IMG/VR virus record: IMGVR_UViG_3300006164_000040
Location: 1-25,729 of that record
Strand: one strand, 5' to 3'
Origin: a virus
Lineage: Duplodnaviria > Caudoviricetes
DNA: 25,729 nt
This document shows positions 7,727 to 16,539 of the stretch, in pieces. The position numbers and the translations under genes were made by a program. The stretch's first letter is position 1; every line of letters starts with the position of its first letter. The notes beneath the pieces are model-generated. The model did no database searches. It was not told where the DNA came from and saw nothing but the letters and a program-made list of their open reading frames with translations.

Positions 7727-8156
7727 AAAAGTAAACTCCAACCACTCCAAGTTTAAAATGATATTGGGTCAGTGTTGGAAATACATAGAAAGTTCGGTTG
7801 AAAGAAACAACACTGATCTTATAAAAACAGTAGACGTGGTAAGTAGAGTAGCAGATAAACAGTCTGATTTGTGGGTAGCTATAAAAGTAGATTCTGTAAA
7901 AAAAGAACTTTTTGGTATAGGTGAAATAGTAGGTTGTTTTGTTATAGGAGCAGCAGCTTATCCTCAGAGTACTGGAATAATGGCAGAAGCAATAGGCGGT
8001 GAATTTAATTTTCCAAACATAGTTCCAGTGGTGGAAAAATATTATAAAAACCTTGGTTATTCTTTCTTTGAAATGACTGGTCGAAAAGGCTGGGAAAAAG
8101 TAATGAAACCTTTAGGTTATGAACTAACAAGTATAACAGTATACAAAAGGCTATAA
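7644..8156 (+). CDS. GNAT-fold-like virion morphogenesis protein (P22 gp14 / T7 gp13 position); start uncertain
   Basis: LWVA..VGCFV, GG, LG..FFEMTGRKGWEKV..P.GY pattern and position before the ejection genes. Candidate ATGs at 7644, 7650 and 7758. Confidence 0.6.
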   Translation: MLMEVAGTRVAEKVYTFSTQPEHGLSYKKVNSNHSKFKMILGQCWKYIESSVERNNTDLIKTVDVVSRVADKQSDLWVAIKVDSVKKELFGIGEIVGCFVIGAAAYPQSTGIMAEAIGGEFNFPNIVPVVEKYYKNLGYSFFEMTGRKGWEKVMKPLGYELTSITVYKRL

Positions 8157-8157
8157 A

Positions 8158-9240
8158 ATGGGCAGTATCTTTAAACCAAGCAGCACTGTTGTTCAGGCTC
8201 CTTCTAGTTCACAGACGCAGGGTACTAGTAAGATAGAGCCTTGGGAATCAGTTGCTCCTTACATTGAGAGCTTTCTTCCTAACTTAAGCCGTGGTTTTCA
8301 GGTAGCTCCCCAGATTTATCAGGGGCCACTTGTTCCCGGAACTTCCGCTAATACCGCAGTAGCTAGAGAACTGTACGGTCAGGTAGGGCAGACAGCGGCT
8401 GGTTTTCAGCCTGGCTTTCAGCAAGTCTACGATCAGAACTTTGCACAGGCAACAGCAGCACCGGGTACCAGTGCGCTTTACCAAGCTCAGACAGGTGCGT
8501 TAGCGGATCAAGCTAGGCAACTTACCGAGCGTGACAAACAGGTAGCACAGCAGCAAGCTATGGATGCTGGTCAGTTTGGTTTGGGTTCTACGGCTCTTGG
8601 AGAACTACAGGCATTTCAGGAACAGAGACGAGCAGAAACTATTCAATCTCAAATGGCTGCTGCTCTTGAAGCAGAAGAAGCTCGACGAGTTGGAGCTATG
8701 GGTCAAGTTAATCCTTTTGCTCAAGGTGTAATACAATCGCAAATGACACCTGCCCAGCTACAGGAGGCTGTTGGTAGAGACATTGAGTCTAGGCAAGGTG
8801 CTGAGTTTGCTGATCTACAGCGTCTGTCACAGCAGCAGCAGGAAGCGGAGCGTGCTCAGGCAATCACCTATGCTAACCTGCTGGGTGGCTTGGCTGGTCT
8901 TGGTAGTTCCACTCAGATGCAACAGACCTCCTCTGGCATGACTGGTCAAGTTATTCCGGGTTCGTCTATCTTCCAGCAGCTTGCTGGTGCAGCGGGTACT
9001 GCTGCGTCACTTTCAAAATCTGACATTAGGCTCAAGACTGAGATCAAACGTGTCGGTGAGCTTGAGAATGGCATTCCAGTGTATCGTTGGAAGTGGACAA
9101 AAGAGGCTAAAAAGATTGTTGGAGATCAGGGAACCCTTGGTGTCCTTGCTCAGGAAATCCTTAACATTATGCCAGAAGCTGTCTCCATTGGCTCTGACGG
9201 GTACTATCAAGTTGATTACGGGAGAGTTGTAAATGGGTAA
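8158..9240 (+). CDS. Ejection/DNA-transfer-type protein with C-terminal peptidase S74 autocleavage domain
   Basis: Gln/Ala/Gly-rich helical body with ST-rich N-terminus (..IEPW..PY). From 9019: SDIRLK...IPVYRWKW...GVLAQEI...PEAV...DGYYQVDY. Confidence 0.75.
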   Translation: MGSIFKPSSTVVQAPSSSQTQGTSKIEPWESVAPYIESFLPNLSRGFQVAPQIYQGPLVPGTSANTAVARELYGQVGQTAAGFQPGFQQVYDQNFAQATAAPGTSALYQAQTGALADQARQLTERDKQVAQQQAMDAGQFGLGSTALGELQAFQEQRRAETIQSQMAAALEAEEARRVGAMGQVNPFAQGVIQSQMTPAQLQEAVGRDIESRQGAEFADLQRLSQQQQEAERAQAITYANLLGGLAGLGSSTQMQQTSSGMTGQVIPGSSIFQQLAGAAGTAASLSKSDIRLKTEIKRVGELENGIPVYRWKWTKEAKKIVGDQGTLGVLAQEILNIMPEAVSIGSDGYYQVDYGRVVNG

Positions 9241-9754
9241 AATCTTAGCAGAATTGGAACGCATAGCTTCCCCTGAATACAGGAACGACACTCCCAGTAC
9301 AGTTACAAGAAAAGCTATGCCAAAAGAGGTAGAGCAGTCTGATTTTGGGGATATGTTTTCTGAAACTACGTCCGAACCATACTTAATGTCAGATAAAGAA
9401 ATGTATGGTGATGACGGTATTACTACTGACGTTGGAGAACAACACAATATATCAATTTCAGGTGGTAAACAAGCTGGTTACAAAGATGACAGAGATAGAA
9501 TTATAAAAGAGATTGCTAAAGGTGGTATTGGTAAAGGTCCAGTTCCAGTAAAGCCTATTTCTGGTAGACCTCCTCCTATGCCGGGTATTCCAGGAGGTCG
9601 TTCAAGTTATTCTCCCACGCAGTCTCCTTACGGTATACCTTCTGTACTAAGCAGTCAAGCAGCAATAAATAATAATGTAATTCAAACCATATCTCAATCT
9701 TTAGAACACACTATGGTTGATAGGCCGTTTTTAAAATTTACAGGTTTGGTTTAG
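9233..9754 (+). CDS. Hypothetical low-complexity protein in the ejection cassette
   Basis: SD GGGAG; 8-nt overlap with the upstream gene; acidic first half, Pro/Gly-rich second half. Confidence 0.65.
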   Translation: MGKILAELERIASPEYRNDTPSTVTRKAMPKEVEQSDFGDMFSETTSEPYLMSDKEMYGDDGITTDVGEQHNISISGGKQAGYKDDRDRIIKEIAKGGIGKGPVPVKPISGRPPPMPGIPGGRSSYSPTQSPYGIPSVLSSQAAINNNVIQTISQSLEHTMVDRPFLKFTGLV

Positions 9755-9767
9755 GCAGGATACGAAC

Positions 9768-10841
9768 ATGGTAGAAAAAACAAACACAGGTTTTAGTGGT
9801 GAATTTCCAAGTCTTGTAGGTCGCGGTTTTCAGCGTGTACTTGAGAAACTAAGAGAAAATACAGTACCTGAATCTTCTAGGACATATCCTGGATTAAGTA
9901 CTGTCAATACGCCACTTGTAAATTCGGCGGTAGGACCGCTTCGTTTAGGAGCAGAAAGATTAAATGAAAATACTCCAGACGGAAGTCCTTCTTCTTCACA
10001 AATAAGAACAGCACTACCTCCTCTTCGAGATGGTGGATTTATACCCGCACGGACAATTCCGAAGACAGTGGCAGAAGGTGCAAACGAAAGTACTAAATCG
10101 GCTCTTACTGTTGGTAGTGTCAACGGTAATCAAATGTCAAACGCTAATCGTAAAGCTCAACAAGCTGAAACTTTAATGGGCGGTGACCTTCCTAGTTTTG
10201 TAAGCAACCTTCTACGCATGTTTGCACAGCCTGAATTTCAGCAAGCTGGTTTTGAAGGTCAGGGTTTTGGACCTACTGTACTAGGGGCTACTAATGCTCT
10301 TAGAGCAATGGACACGCAGGATGCTGCTGCTCAAGAGGCGGCGTTGAAAGCACAATCTGAAGCCGCTGTTTCCTGGGATGCTAAAAGTTTCCAGGTAGAG
10401 CAGCTTTCAAACCTTACCCGGTCTATGGAAGCAGCCGGTACTATAGAAAGTATGAAAGAACTACTGAGCGGTGGTTTCATCAGTGGTGGACCTTCCGGGG
10501 CTTTAGTTGCTTTGAAGGGAATTGGTGAACTCGTAGGTATCTCACTAGACCCCTCCATGCGTCAAAAATATGAAGACCAAGTTGACCAGTTGGCTACGTC
10601 GTTGGTATCCAGCGGTATCTTTGGCAGAGAAGTTAACAAAAGTGAATGGGATACTATTTTCAAACTAATTGCCAAACCCGGTTTAACCAAGGGTGATCAA
10701 GTATTGCTCGGCAGGTTGAACACTCTTTTGGCCAAAGTGAATAAGTCTATACAATCGGACAGTAGATCGCTTCAGGTACAAGGTGTTCCTCTCGGACCAC
10801 TGTTGTCTCCTAGCCAGCCTTTGTTTACGCGAGGTAATTAA
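9768..10841 (+). CDS. Putative internal virion/ejection protein
   Basis: 357 aa, no Cys; low-complexity N-half and helical C-half; synteny. Confidence 0.6.
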   Translation: MVEKTNTGFSGEFPSLVGRGFQRVLEKLRENTVPESSRTYPGLSTVNTPLVNSAVGPLRLGAERLNENTPDGSPSSSQIRTALPPLRDGGFIPARTIPKTVAEGANESTKSALTVGSVNGNQMSNANRKAQQAETLMGGDLPSFVSNLLRMFAQPEFQQAGFEGQGFGPTVLGATNALRAMDTQDAAAQEAALKAQSEAAVSWDAKSFQVEQLSNLTRSMEAAGTIESMKELLSGGFISGGPSGALVALKGIGELVGISLDPSMRQKYEDQVDQLATSLVSSGIFGREVNKSEWDTIFKLIAKPGLTKGDQVLLGRLNTLLAKVNKSIQSDSRSLQVQGVPLGPLLSPSQPLFTRGN

Positions 10842-13800
10842 ATGGAAACTATCCGCCTATATGACGGCACACAGGTAGAAATTCCAGAAGGTTTGACTGA
10901 CGGTGAGGTTAACAACCTCATTGCTAAGGCTTTTCCGGCTAAAGCAGCCCTTCAAGGTGTTACTTCTGACGTGGAGCGTGAGTACAATCTGACCAGTGGT
11001 GTTAAGAACGCCTCTGCTCGTTTCTCTCAGGCTTTGGCTCAGGGAAATACCAAAGAGATCAAGGCGGCAGCAGATGCCGACTATGGTCCCGGTAACTGGG
11101 AAATTACCTCGTGGGGTGAGCTTGCTATTAAGCCGGAAGGTCTGCGTAATATAGGAGTTGAGCCTGAAGATGACCGTAAGGTTGTTTTAGACGAAATTGG
11201 AAGCTCATTGTACGACTTAGTAGACATGGCTCCCGCGCTTGCAATTGGTGCAGCTTCCGTAGTCGGAGAGGTTCTAGGACCACAGGTGTTTGTTCCCGGC
11301 TCAGGTGTTGCAGCAGGTGCAGCCGTGCGTGGTTTCCTAGGAGCCTTTAGTACTCGTAGAGCAGCGGCGATGGCGACAGGTGCTGGCCTTGGTGACATTG
11401 CTGGTAACTACGGTGTGGAAGCAGTACAAGCTCTACGAGGAGAACAACATGAAACACCAGGAGAGATTTGGTCTCGTGCTGGTTCTCAAGGCGCTATCGT
11501 TGCTGGTCTAACCTTTGGGCTAGGTCTTCCACTTAATGCTTTAGGCTCTGCAACCAATAAAATTTCAAATATCTCCAGAGCCAAACTTGCTGAAGGTAAC
11601 TCAAACAAAGGTGTTGCGGTAACCGCTCAGAATGCTATAGAAGCACGTGAGAGTATTACCACGATGCTCAAAGACGCAGGTTACTCTGCTAAAGACATTG
11701 ACGACATTGTACCAGTTCTGACCATTAAACACATGCTTGGCGATCAGGGTACGTTTGCTGGCAAGTTTGCAACAGTGTTGGAAGGAATTGGTTCTAAACA
11801 ACTCGGAGATAAAATTCCAGGGAAAGCTGTAGATTTTCTAGGAAAGATTGACAATCTTGTTAGAAATGTTGATCCTGTTACGGGTCTTCCAAGAAGTTCG
11901 CTTGAAGTTGCTGATCTTGTTAAACAAAACCTAACTAAAACTGAAATTGCACAGGCTAAAAAAGGTTTGGAAGGTATTGTTAAGTTACAAGACGAGCTTG
12001 GCCCTAAAATGAACGCGGCTAGGGACGTTACCGAAATTACAGAGATGATACAAACTGTTTTAGCAAAACAGATGGCTCATGGACAAAAACAATTTCAAAG
12101 TTCTAAACTTTACGGAACTGCTGAAAATCCAAATCCTGCTCTTAACCTAGGTAATCTTTCTGGCATTGTTGTTAAGAACACTGACGTTGCAGAAATGTTA
12201 AACAAAACTGCAAAAGAGTTGGGTAGTGGCAATGCTGACGAAGCTATAAGTTTTATTGCATCTATCGATCAAAATTTCTTAGCAAAAATTGACGGCGCTG
12301 TTGAGGTAAAAGACGGAGTTGCTAGGGCTAAAGCTCAAGGGTCTGCTCTTAAAAATATTCCAGATGATATTGTTGGTCCTGATTTTAAAGCATCTGCCGA
12401 CGCAGTTTTAGAAAAAGGTGCTAAAAATTTAGCAGACATAAACGCTAATGACTTATATCAACTAACCCGTAAACTTTCTGCAAACAGTGGCTTTAAATTT
12501 TCAGATGCTGGATCAAAACGTAAGGGCGTTTTGTCTTCTGAACAAGTGTTAAACACCCTAGATAAATACAGTTCAGGTTTTAGTGCTGAACTTAAAAGAG
12601 TTAATAAAGAGTATAGAAAGTTTATTAGCCCTTTTAAACAGTCAATGCGAAACATTACTGAAACCAGTGCTCAAACTCCTAAGCAGTACGTAGACGATTT
12701 AGTTGCTGGCCGGAAGCCCCGTCTTTTTACTGATATTGTTGAACAGTTAGATAAAGCCTTGAAGGGTACTGATGCAATTGGTGGTAGAGGAGTAGACGTA
12801 GCTACTACAGATCAAATTTTAGGAGAAGTTTCTTCTCAATACATGCGTTTTATTAAAGACCAGTTTGATCTAAACGTGACTGCTATTAATGACCTACCAA
12901 CTCTTAGGAACAATGCTAAGGATGCTTTAAAGGCTATACGAACACTAGAGAGGGCGGACAGTACTCCTAAGTTTAAGTCTACAATTAATCGTTTGTTAGG
13001 CACACAGGGTATGCAAGACTACAAAAAAGCTCTTCGGGAACTAGCGGACGGAAAACCAGAAGGTGCTGCAAAGTTGGGTCACGTTCTTAGTTTTAAAGAC
13101 GCAGGAAACTTTGTAGACAATGTAAGCAACGTTGCTTCAAACGTGTCTAAAACTGACCTAGCTTCAGCCGCTGCTCAGTTTAGAAACCTTAAATCTGTCG
13201 ATCCAAAAGCAGGAGAGTTTTACAACGAACTTTTCTATTCAGAGATGTATTCAAAGGTATTAAAGTTTGGTGGTTTACAAGCTGCCCAGCGAAACGCATC
13301 TATGAAAAGTTGGGCTGACGACATTGTAGCTGCCAACAACGCTTCTCCCGAAGCTCTTAAAGAACTTCTTGGACCTAAGTACTACAAGCCAATGAATGAC
13401 ATGGCTAATACAATACAAGGTGCTTTAAACATCGACCCTTCCGCGGGTGCTATTAGTGCAGCGGGTCTTCCTATAGCAGCTACCAGAGGTGTTATTAACG
13501 GTAATATCCTATCTACGCTAAAGCCACTGACACTTATGTATACTATGAGAGGGTTTGGGCCGGGACAACCTGGTTGGAAACGAGTACAGGCCGCTATATC
13601 TAGCGGTAAGTCTCAAGAAGAGGTTAACACATTAATGGCCCCTTACGTTGGATCAGCAGTTGATAAAGCTCGTAAAACCGCTGGAGCAACTCTAAGCGGT
13701 CGTACAGGTCTACTAGCAGCTTCAGTAGCCTCTTACATGAACGAAGCTGATACAACCTTGCCACCAGAGGGTACTCCCATTGTTCCTAGAGTTGTAAGAG

Positions 13801-13985
13801 AGTCTGACGAAGACTTACAGAAGCAACAGCAACAGGCAACCGTGTCTCAGTATCAAGACGCAACTTTAGGTACAGCTATGGCAGATGTTATTAGGGCTAT
13901 ACAAGCAACTGGTCAACAGAGTGTAAACGTGCCAAACTCACAGACTTCTTTGTCCGAAGGCTCTAGAATTGCAGGATCAAGGTAA
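10842..13985 (+). CDS. Large internal virion/ejection protein
   Basis: 1047 aa, Ala-rich and helical, no Cys. Hydrophobic Gly/Ala segments around residues 130-240; N-terminal L.DG..VE.PEG.T motif; SD GAGGT. Confidence 0.72.
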   Translation: METIRLYDGTQVEIPEGLTDGEVNNLIAKAFPAKAALQGVTSDVEREYNLTSGVKNASARFSQALAQGNTKEIKAAADADYGPGNWEITSWGELAIKPEGLRNIGVEPEDDRKVVLDEIGSSLYDLVDMAPALAIGAASVVGEVLGPQVFVPGSGVAAGAAVRGFLGAFSTRRAAAMATGAGLGDIAGNYGVEAVQALRGEQHETPGEIWSRAGSQGAIVAGLTFGLGLPLNALGSATNKISNISRAKLAEGNSNKGVAVTAQNAIEARESITTMLKDAGYSAKDIDDIVPVLTIKHMLGDQGTFAGKFATVLEGIGSKQLGDKIPGKAVDFLGKIDNLVRNVDPVTGLPRSSLEVADLVKQNLTKTEIAQAKKGLEGIVKLQDELGPKMNAARDVTEITEMIQTVLAKQMAHGQKQFQSSKLYGTAENPNPALNLGNLSGIVVKNTDVAEMLNKTAKELGSGNADEAISFIASIDQNFLAKIDGAVEVKDGVARAKAQGSALKNIPDDIVGPDFKASADAVLEKGAKNLADINANDLYQLTRKLSANSGFKFSDAGSKRKGVLSSEQVLNTLDKYSSGFSAELKRVNKEYRKFISPFKQSMRNITETSAQTPKQYVDDLVAGRKPRLFTDIVEQLDKALKGTDAIGGRGVDVATTDQILGEVSSQYMRFIKDQFDLNVTAINDLPTLRNNAKDALKAIRTLERADSTPKFKSTINRLLGTQGMQDYKKALRELADGKPEGAAKLGHVLSFKDAGNFVDNVSNVASNVSKTDLASAAAQFRNLKSVDPKAGEFYNELFYSEMYSKVLKFGGLQAAQRNASMKSWADDIVAANNASPEALKELLGPKYYKPMNDMANTIQGALNIDPSAGAISAAGLPIAATRGVINGNILSTLKPLTLMYTMRGFGPGQPGWKRVQAAISSGKSQEEVNTLMAPYVGSAVDKARKTAGATLSGRTGLLAASVASYMNEADTTLPPEGTPIVPRVVRESDEDLQKQQQQATVSQYQDATLGTAMADVIRAIQATGQQSVNVPNSQTSLSEGSRIAGSR

Positions 13986-14536
13986 TGGCTGACTTTTTTG
14001 AAGACTTTAAAAACACAATTAAAAGCACTCCAGTAGCTAGTCAAGAGTTTTCACGATTGAAAAATAAAGCTGCACTCTACGGTGGCGGTGCTGCGGCTAT
14101 GGGAGCAGGTTCAGTGCTTCCAGAGTCTGTTATCAACACTGGTCGCACTGTTGTCGAAGGTGCTAACCAAATGGCAGATGACTTTGGTCGTTACACCATT
14201 GATCCAATGTTGAACCAAATGTTGCCACAGGGTATGAATGTCAATGTGAACACAGGTGTGTCACCAATGGCAGCAGTACGGGGCTTGTTGTCTCAAGGTG
14301 GTATGTCACCAATGAACCCGTCTGCTGATGTCTCCTATCAAGCACCAGGGGGAGGTTTCTATGGTTCAGGTACTGTCACGAGTCAAGGAGTGTCTAACCC
14401 TACGCTGGGTTATAGTACGCCGGTACTGGGTGGGGCTGGTTCTTTTGACGCTTCTCTTTCTTCCTCTAATATTGGTCCAAAGTTCCCTTCCTCCAGTGAC
14501 TTATTTGCAACAGCTAAACTCAACTTCAAGTTCTAA
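13985..14536 (+). CDS. Hypothetical protein with amphipathic beta-strands and terminal Phe
   Basis: TAATG-coupled to the large ejection gene; Gly/Ser-rich; ends LFATAKLNFKF. Confidence 0.7.
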   Translation: MADFFEDFKNTIKSTPVASQEFSRLKNKAALYGGGAAAMGAGSVLPESVINTGRTVVEGANQMADDFGRYTIDPMLNQMLPQGMNVNVNTGVSPMAAVRGLLSQGGMSPMNPSADVSYQAPGGGFYGSGTVTSQGVSNPTLGYSTPVLGGAGSFDASLSSSNIGPKFPSSSDLFATAKLNFKF

Positions 14537-14546
14537 GGGTAGTACT

Positions 14547-15167
14547 ATGGCAGGAATATTAGAAATGTTGGGTTTTGGAAAAAACCAACCTCAACAGGGC
14601 AAAGGGTTGATGTCTGCTGTGGCGGGGATGCCAAAACCTAGTCCGGTAAAAGAGTATTTTAATACTTTTGTGGCACCAGAAGAATTAAGCAGCAGCGGTC
14701 GTGAAAAGTACTACGATGCAAAGACAGATTCCTACAGGGTCTATAGAGTTAAGGATAAAGAAGGTAAGGAAGAGAAACTACTAACAGTTGGAAGTGGGGT
14801 TCTTTTAAACAACCTAGCTCTTAAAAGTTTAGGACTTAGTAAAACTCCTAAAGAAGGGGACATGTTACCTGCTAGTGCCGTAGACGCAATTAGTTTAAAC
14901 CGCTGGGGGGGCGCTCTTAGAAGAGCAACCAGAGAGTTGTCTGGCACAGCTGGGGCTTCTTCTATACACGCTTTAGCTGAACTAATTTATCAAATGGGTG
15001 CTGGGGTTGTAAATCCTAGTAATAAACAAAAGTACTTTAGAAATACTTTAAAACTTCTAAAAGAAGGCAAGACTGAAGAGGCTAAGGAAGAAGCCGCCGA
15101 CTCAGACTGGTATAGGGATACTACGTCTAGAGCACAAAGAGTTATAAGCAGATTCGGTAAAGGGTAA
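14547..15167 (+). CDS. T4-lysozyme-fold (GH24-like) muramidase
   Basis: TVGSG, ALAELIYQMG and F...L..L..G...A.EE..DS.WY..T..RA.RV motifs. ATG 14547 (AAGGG upstream, just after the previous stop) preferred over 14328. Confidence 0.78.
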   Translation: MAGILEMLGFGKNQPQQGKGLMSAVAGMPKPSPVKEYFNTFVAPEELSSSGREKYYDAKTDSYRVYRVKDKEGKEEKLLTVGSGVLLNNLALKSLGLSKTPKEGDMLPASAVDAISLNRWGGALRRATRELSGTAGASSIHALAELIYQMGAGVVNPSNKQKYFRNTLKLLKEGKTEEAKEEAADSDWYRDTTSRAQRVISRFGKG

Positions 15168-15346
15168 TGGACGATAAAACCCCCATTGACATCACTGCTG
15201 GCATGGTTGCGTTCGGAGCGGTCATGGATGTACTTCCCGCAATAGCCAGTGTATTTACAATTGTTTGGTTGTCTATTAGAATTTACCAAAACATTCTAGA
15301 ACTCATTGATCGAAGGAATAAAAAAGATGATGGGGATACCACTTGA
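15167..15346 (+). CDS. 59-aa holin-like membrane protein (not in ORF track)
   Basis: TAATG-coupled to the lysozyme. MDDKTPIDITAGMVAFGAVMDVLPAIASVFTIVWLSIRIYQNILELIDRRNKKDDGDTT has hydrophobic segments and a charged tail. Confidence 0.75.
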   Translation: MDDKTPIDITAGMVAFGAVMDVLPAIASVFTIVWLSIRIYQNILELIDRRNKKDDGDTT

Positions 15347-15767
15347 ACTTGTAACAATGCTGGGTTCTAGTCTGATGGGCGGTGTGATGACACTGTGGGG
15401 ACAGAGCGCAAAGGCTAAACAAGACTCTTTTCAGAGAGCTATAGAGGGTCTATCAGCACAGTCTAAGGCCACTGACCTAGCTAGGCGTTACGAAAACAAA
15501 GGTTTTCAAGTGACACGCCGTGTCATTGCTCTCTCAGCAATAGGCGCTGTTATCGTTTGGCCCAAGGTTGTAGCAGTTTTCTGGCCCGAAATAGGTGTAA
15601 CGGTAGGTTACACTTCTTGGAGTCCGGGGTTTCTATTCTTTGAGGGTTCAGAAGAAGTTAAATGGCAAGCGGTTAAAGGATTAGTATTAACTCCTCTTGA
15701 CACACATCTGGTATCTGCTATAATTGGTTTGTACTTTGGTGCATCAATAGTTAAAAATTCAAAGTAA
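15327..15767 (+). CDS. Multi-TM membrane protein (possible second holin-like/lysis protein)
   Basis: ATG at 15327 or 15330 with AAGGA upstream. Three hydrophobic segments, a TRR motif before TM2 and AIIGLYFG near the C-terminus. Confidence 0.65.
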   Translation: MMGIPLELVTMLGSSLMGGVMTLWGQSAKAKQDSFQRAIEGLSAQSKATDLARRYENKGFQVTRRVIALSAIGAVIVWPKVVAVFWPEIGVTVGYTSWSPGFLFFEGSEEVKWQAVKGLVLTPLDTHLVSAIIGLYFGASIVKNSK

Positions 15768-15782
15768 CATGAAGGAAATAAA

Positions 15783-16376
15783 ATGGGAAGTCTAATACCG
15801 TATGCCGCTCAAATAGCAGCCATTAACGAACAGGTTAAGGGAGACGTGTACTCAGCAAACCCTGTGAACGCAGGTTACACAGATAATCCTTTTGGATATG
15901 AGCAGAGTCCTGCTGTTATGCAGGTAGCTTACCCAAACTATTCTATTAATGCTACTAGTCCTACAACTCCACCAGAGTATTCTGCGTTTGGCTACAACAC
16001 TGTAGGGTCAGCACCAGCAAACAATTCTGAACTAAGTGTAACAGACTTGTTGTCCATGATTAGCGGTATGCAGAACGGTTCTATACCACAAGCTCAAATA
16101 CCAGTAAATCTATTGAGCGCACTAGACGTGGCTGGTCGTCAGGTTGCTAGCGCTTACGGCTCAGTTCCTCCGGGAGAACAGCAAGCAGCGGCAGCAGTAG
16201 AGGAACAAGTTGCGACCCCGGCAGCGGTTCCTCAGAAATCGATGGACTGGCACATCAGAAATAATGTAGCCACGGAAGCCGAGTTTGTACGAGCAGAAAA
16301 CGCGAATAATCGGGCACTACCAAGATCAGCAAGCCGCGATGAGGTATTTGCCATAATGCATGGCGGTGGCCAGTAA
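15783..16376 (+). CDS. Hypothetical low-complexity protein
   Basis: SD AAGGA; Ala/Pro/Ser/Asn/Gln-rich; double stop TAATAA. Confidence 0.65.
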   Translation: MGSLIPYAAQIAAINEQVKGDVYSANPVNAGYTDNPFGYEQSPAVMQVAYPNYSINATSPTTPPEYSAFGYNTVGSAPANNSELSVTDLLSMISGMQNGSIPQAQIPVNLLSALDVAGRQVASAYGSVPPGEQQAAAAVEEQVATPAAVPQKSMDWHIRNNVATEAEFVRAENANNRALPRSASRDEVFAIMHGGGQ

Positions 16377-16394
16377 TAAGAGAAAGAGACTACT

Positions 16395-16505
16395 ATGAAA
16401 AAAACAGTAGACGCTTTTATAAAATATTTCACGTCACTTTTGTTATTCCCTTGGACTAAAAAGAAAAAGGTAAAAGAGTACATACCAAAATATTTGGGAG
16501 GCTAA
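16395..16505 (+). CDS. 36-aa basic peptide MKKTVDAFIKYFTSLLLFPWTKKKKVKEYIPKYLGG
   Basis: Purine-rich leader (GAGAAAGAG); fills the space to the convergence point; below the ORF-track cutoff. Confidence 0.45.
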   Translation: MKKTVDAFIKYFTSLLLFPWTKKKKVKEYIPKYLGG

Positions 16506-16539
16506 CCGTGGCCCCCCGCGTGTCTATTAAGCGACAAAC

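Noticed and set aside
14328-14546. 73-codon upstream extension of the lysozyme (TM anchor or frameshift fusion)
   Set aside because: Lies almost wholly in the +1 frame of the preceding gene, where T-ending codons produce hydrophobic text; no convincing SD or slippery site, and ATG 14547 is better placed.
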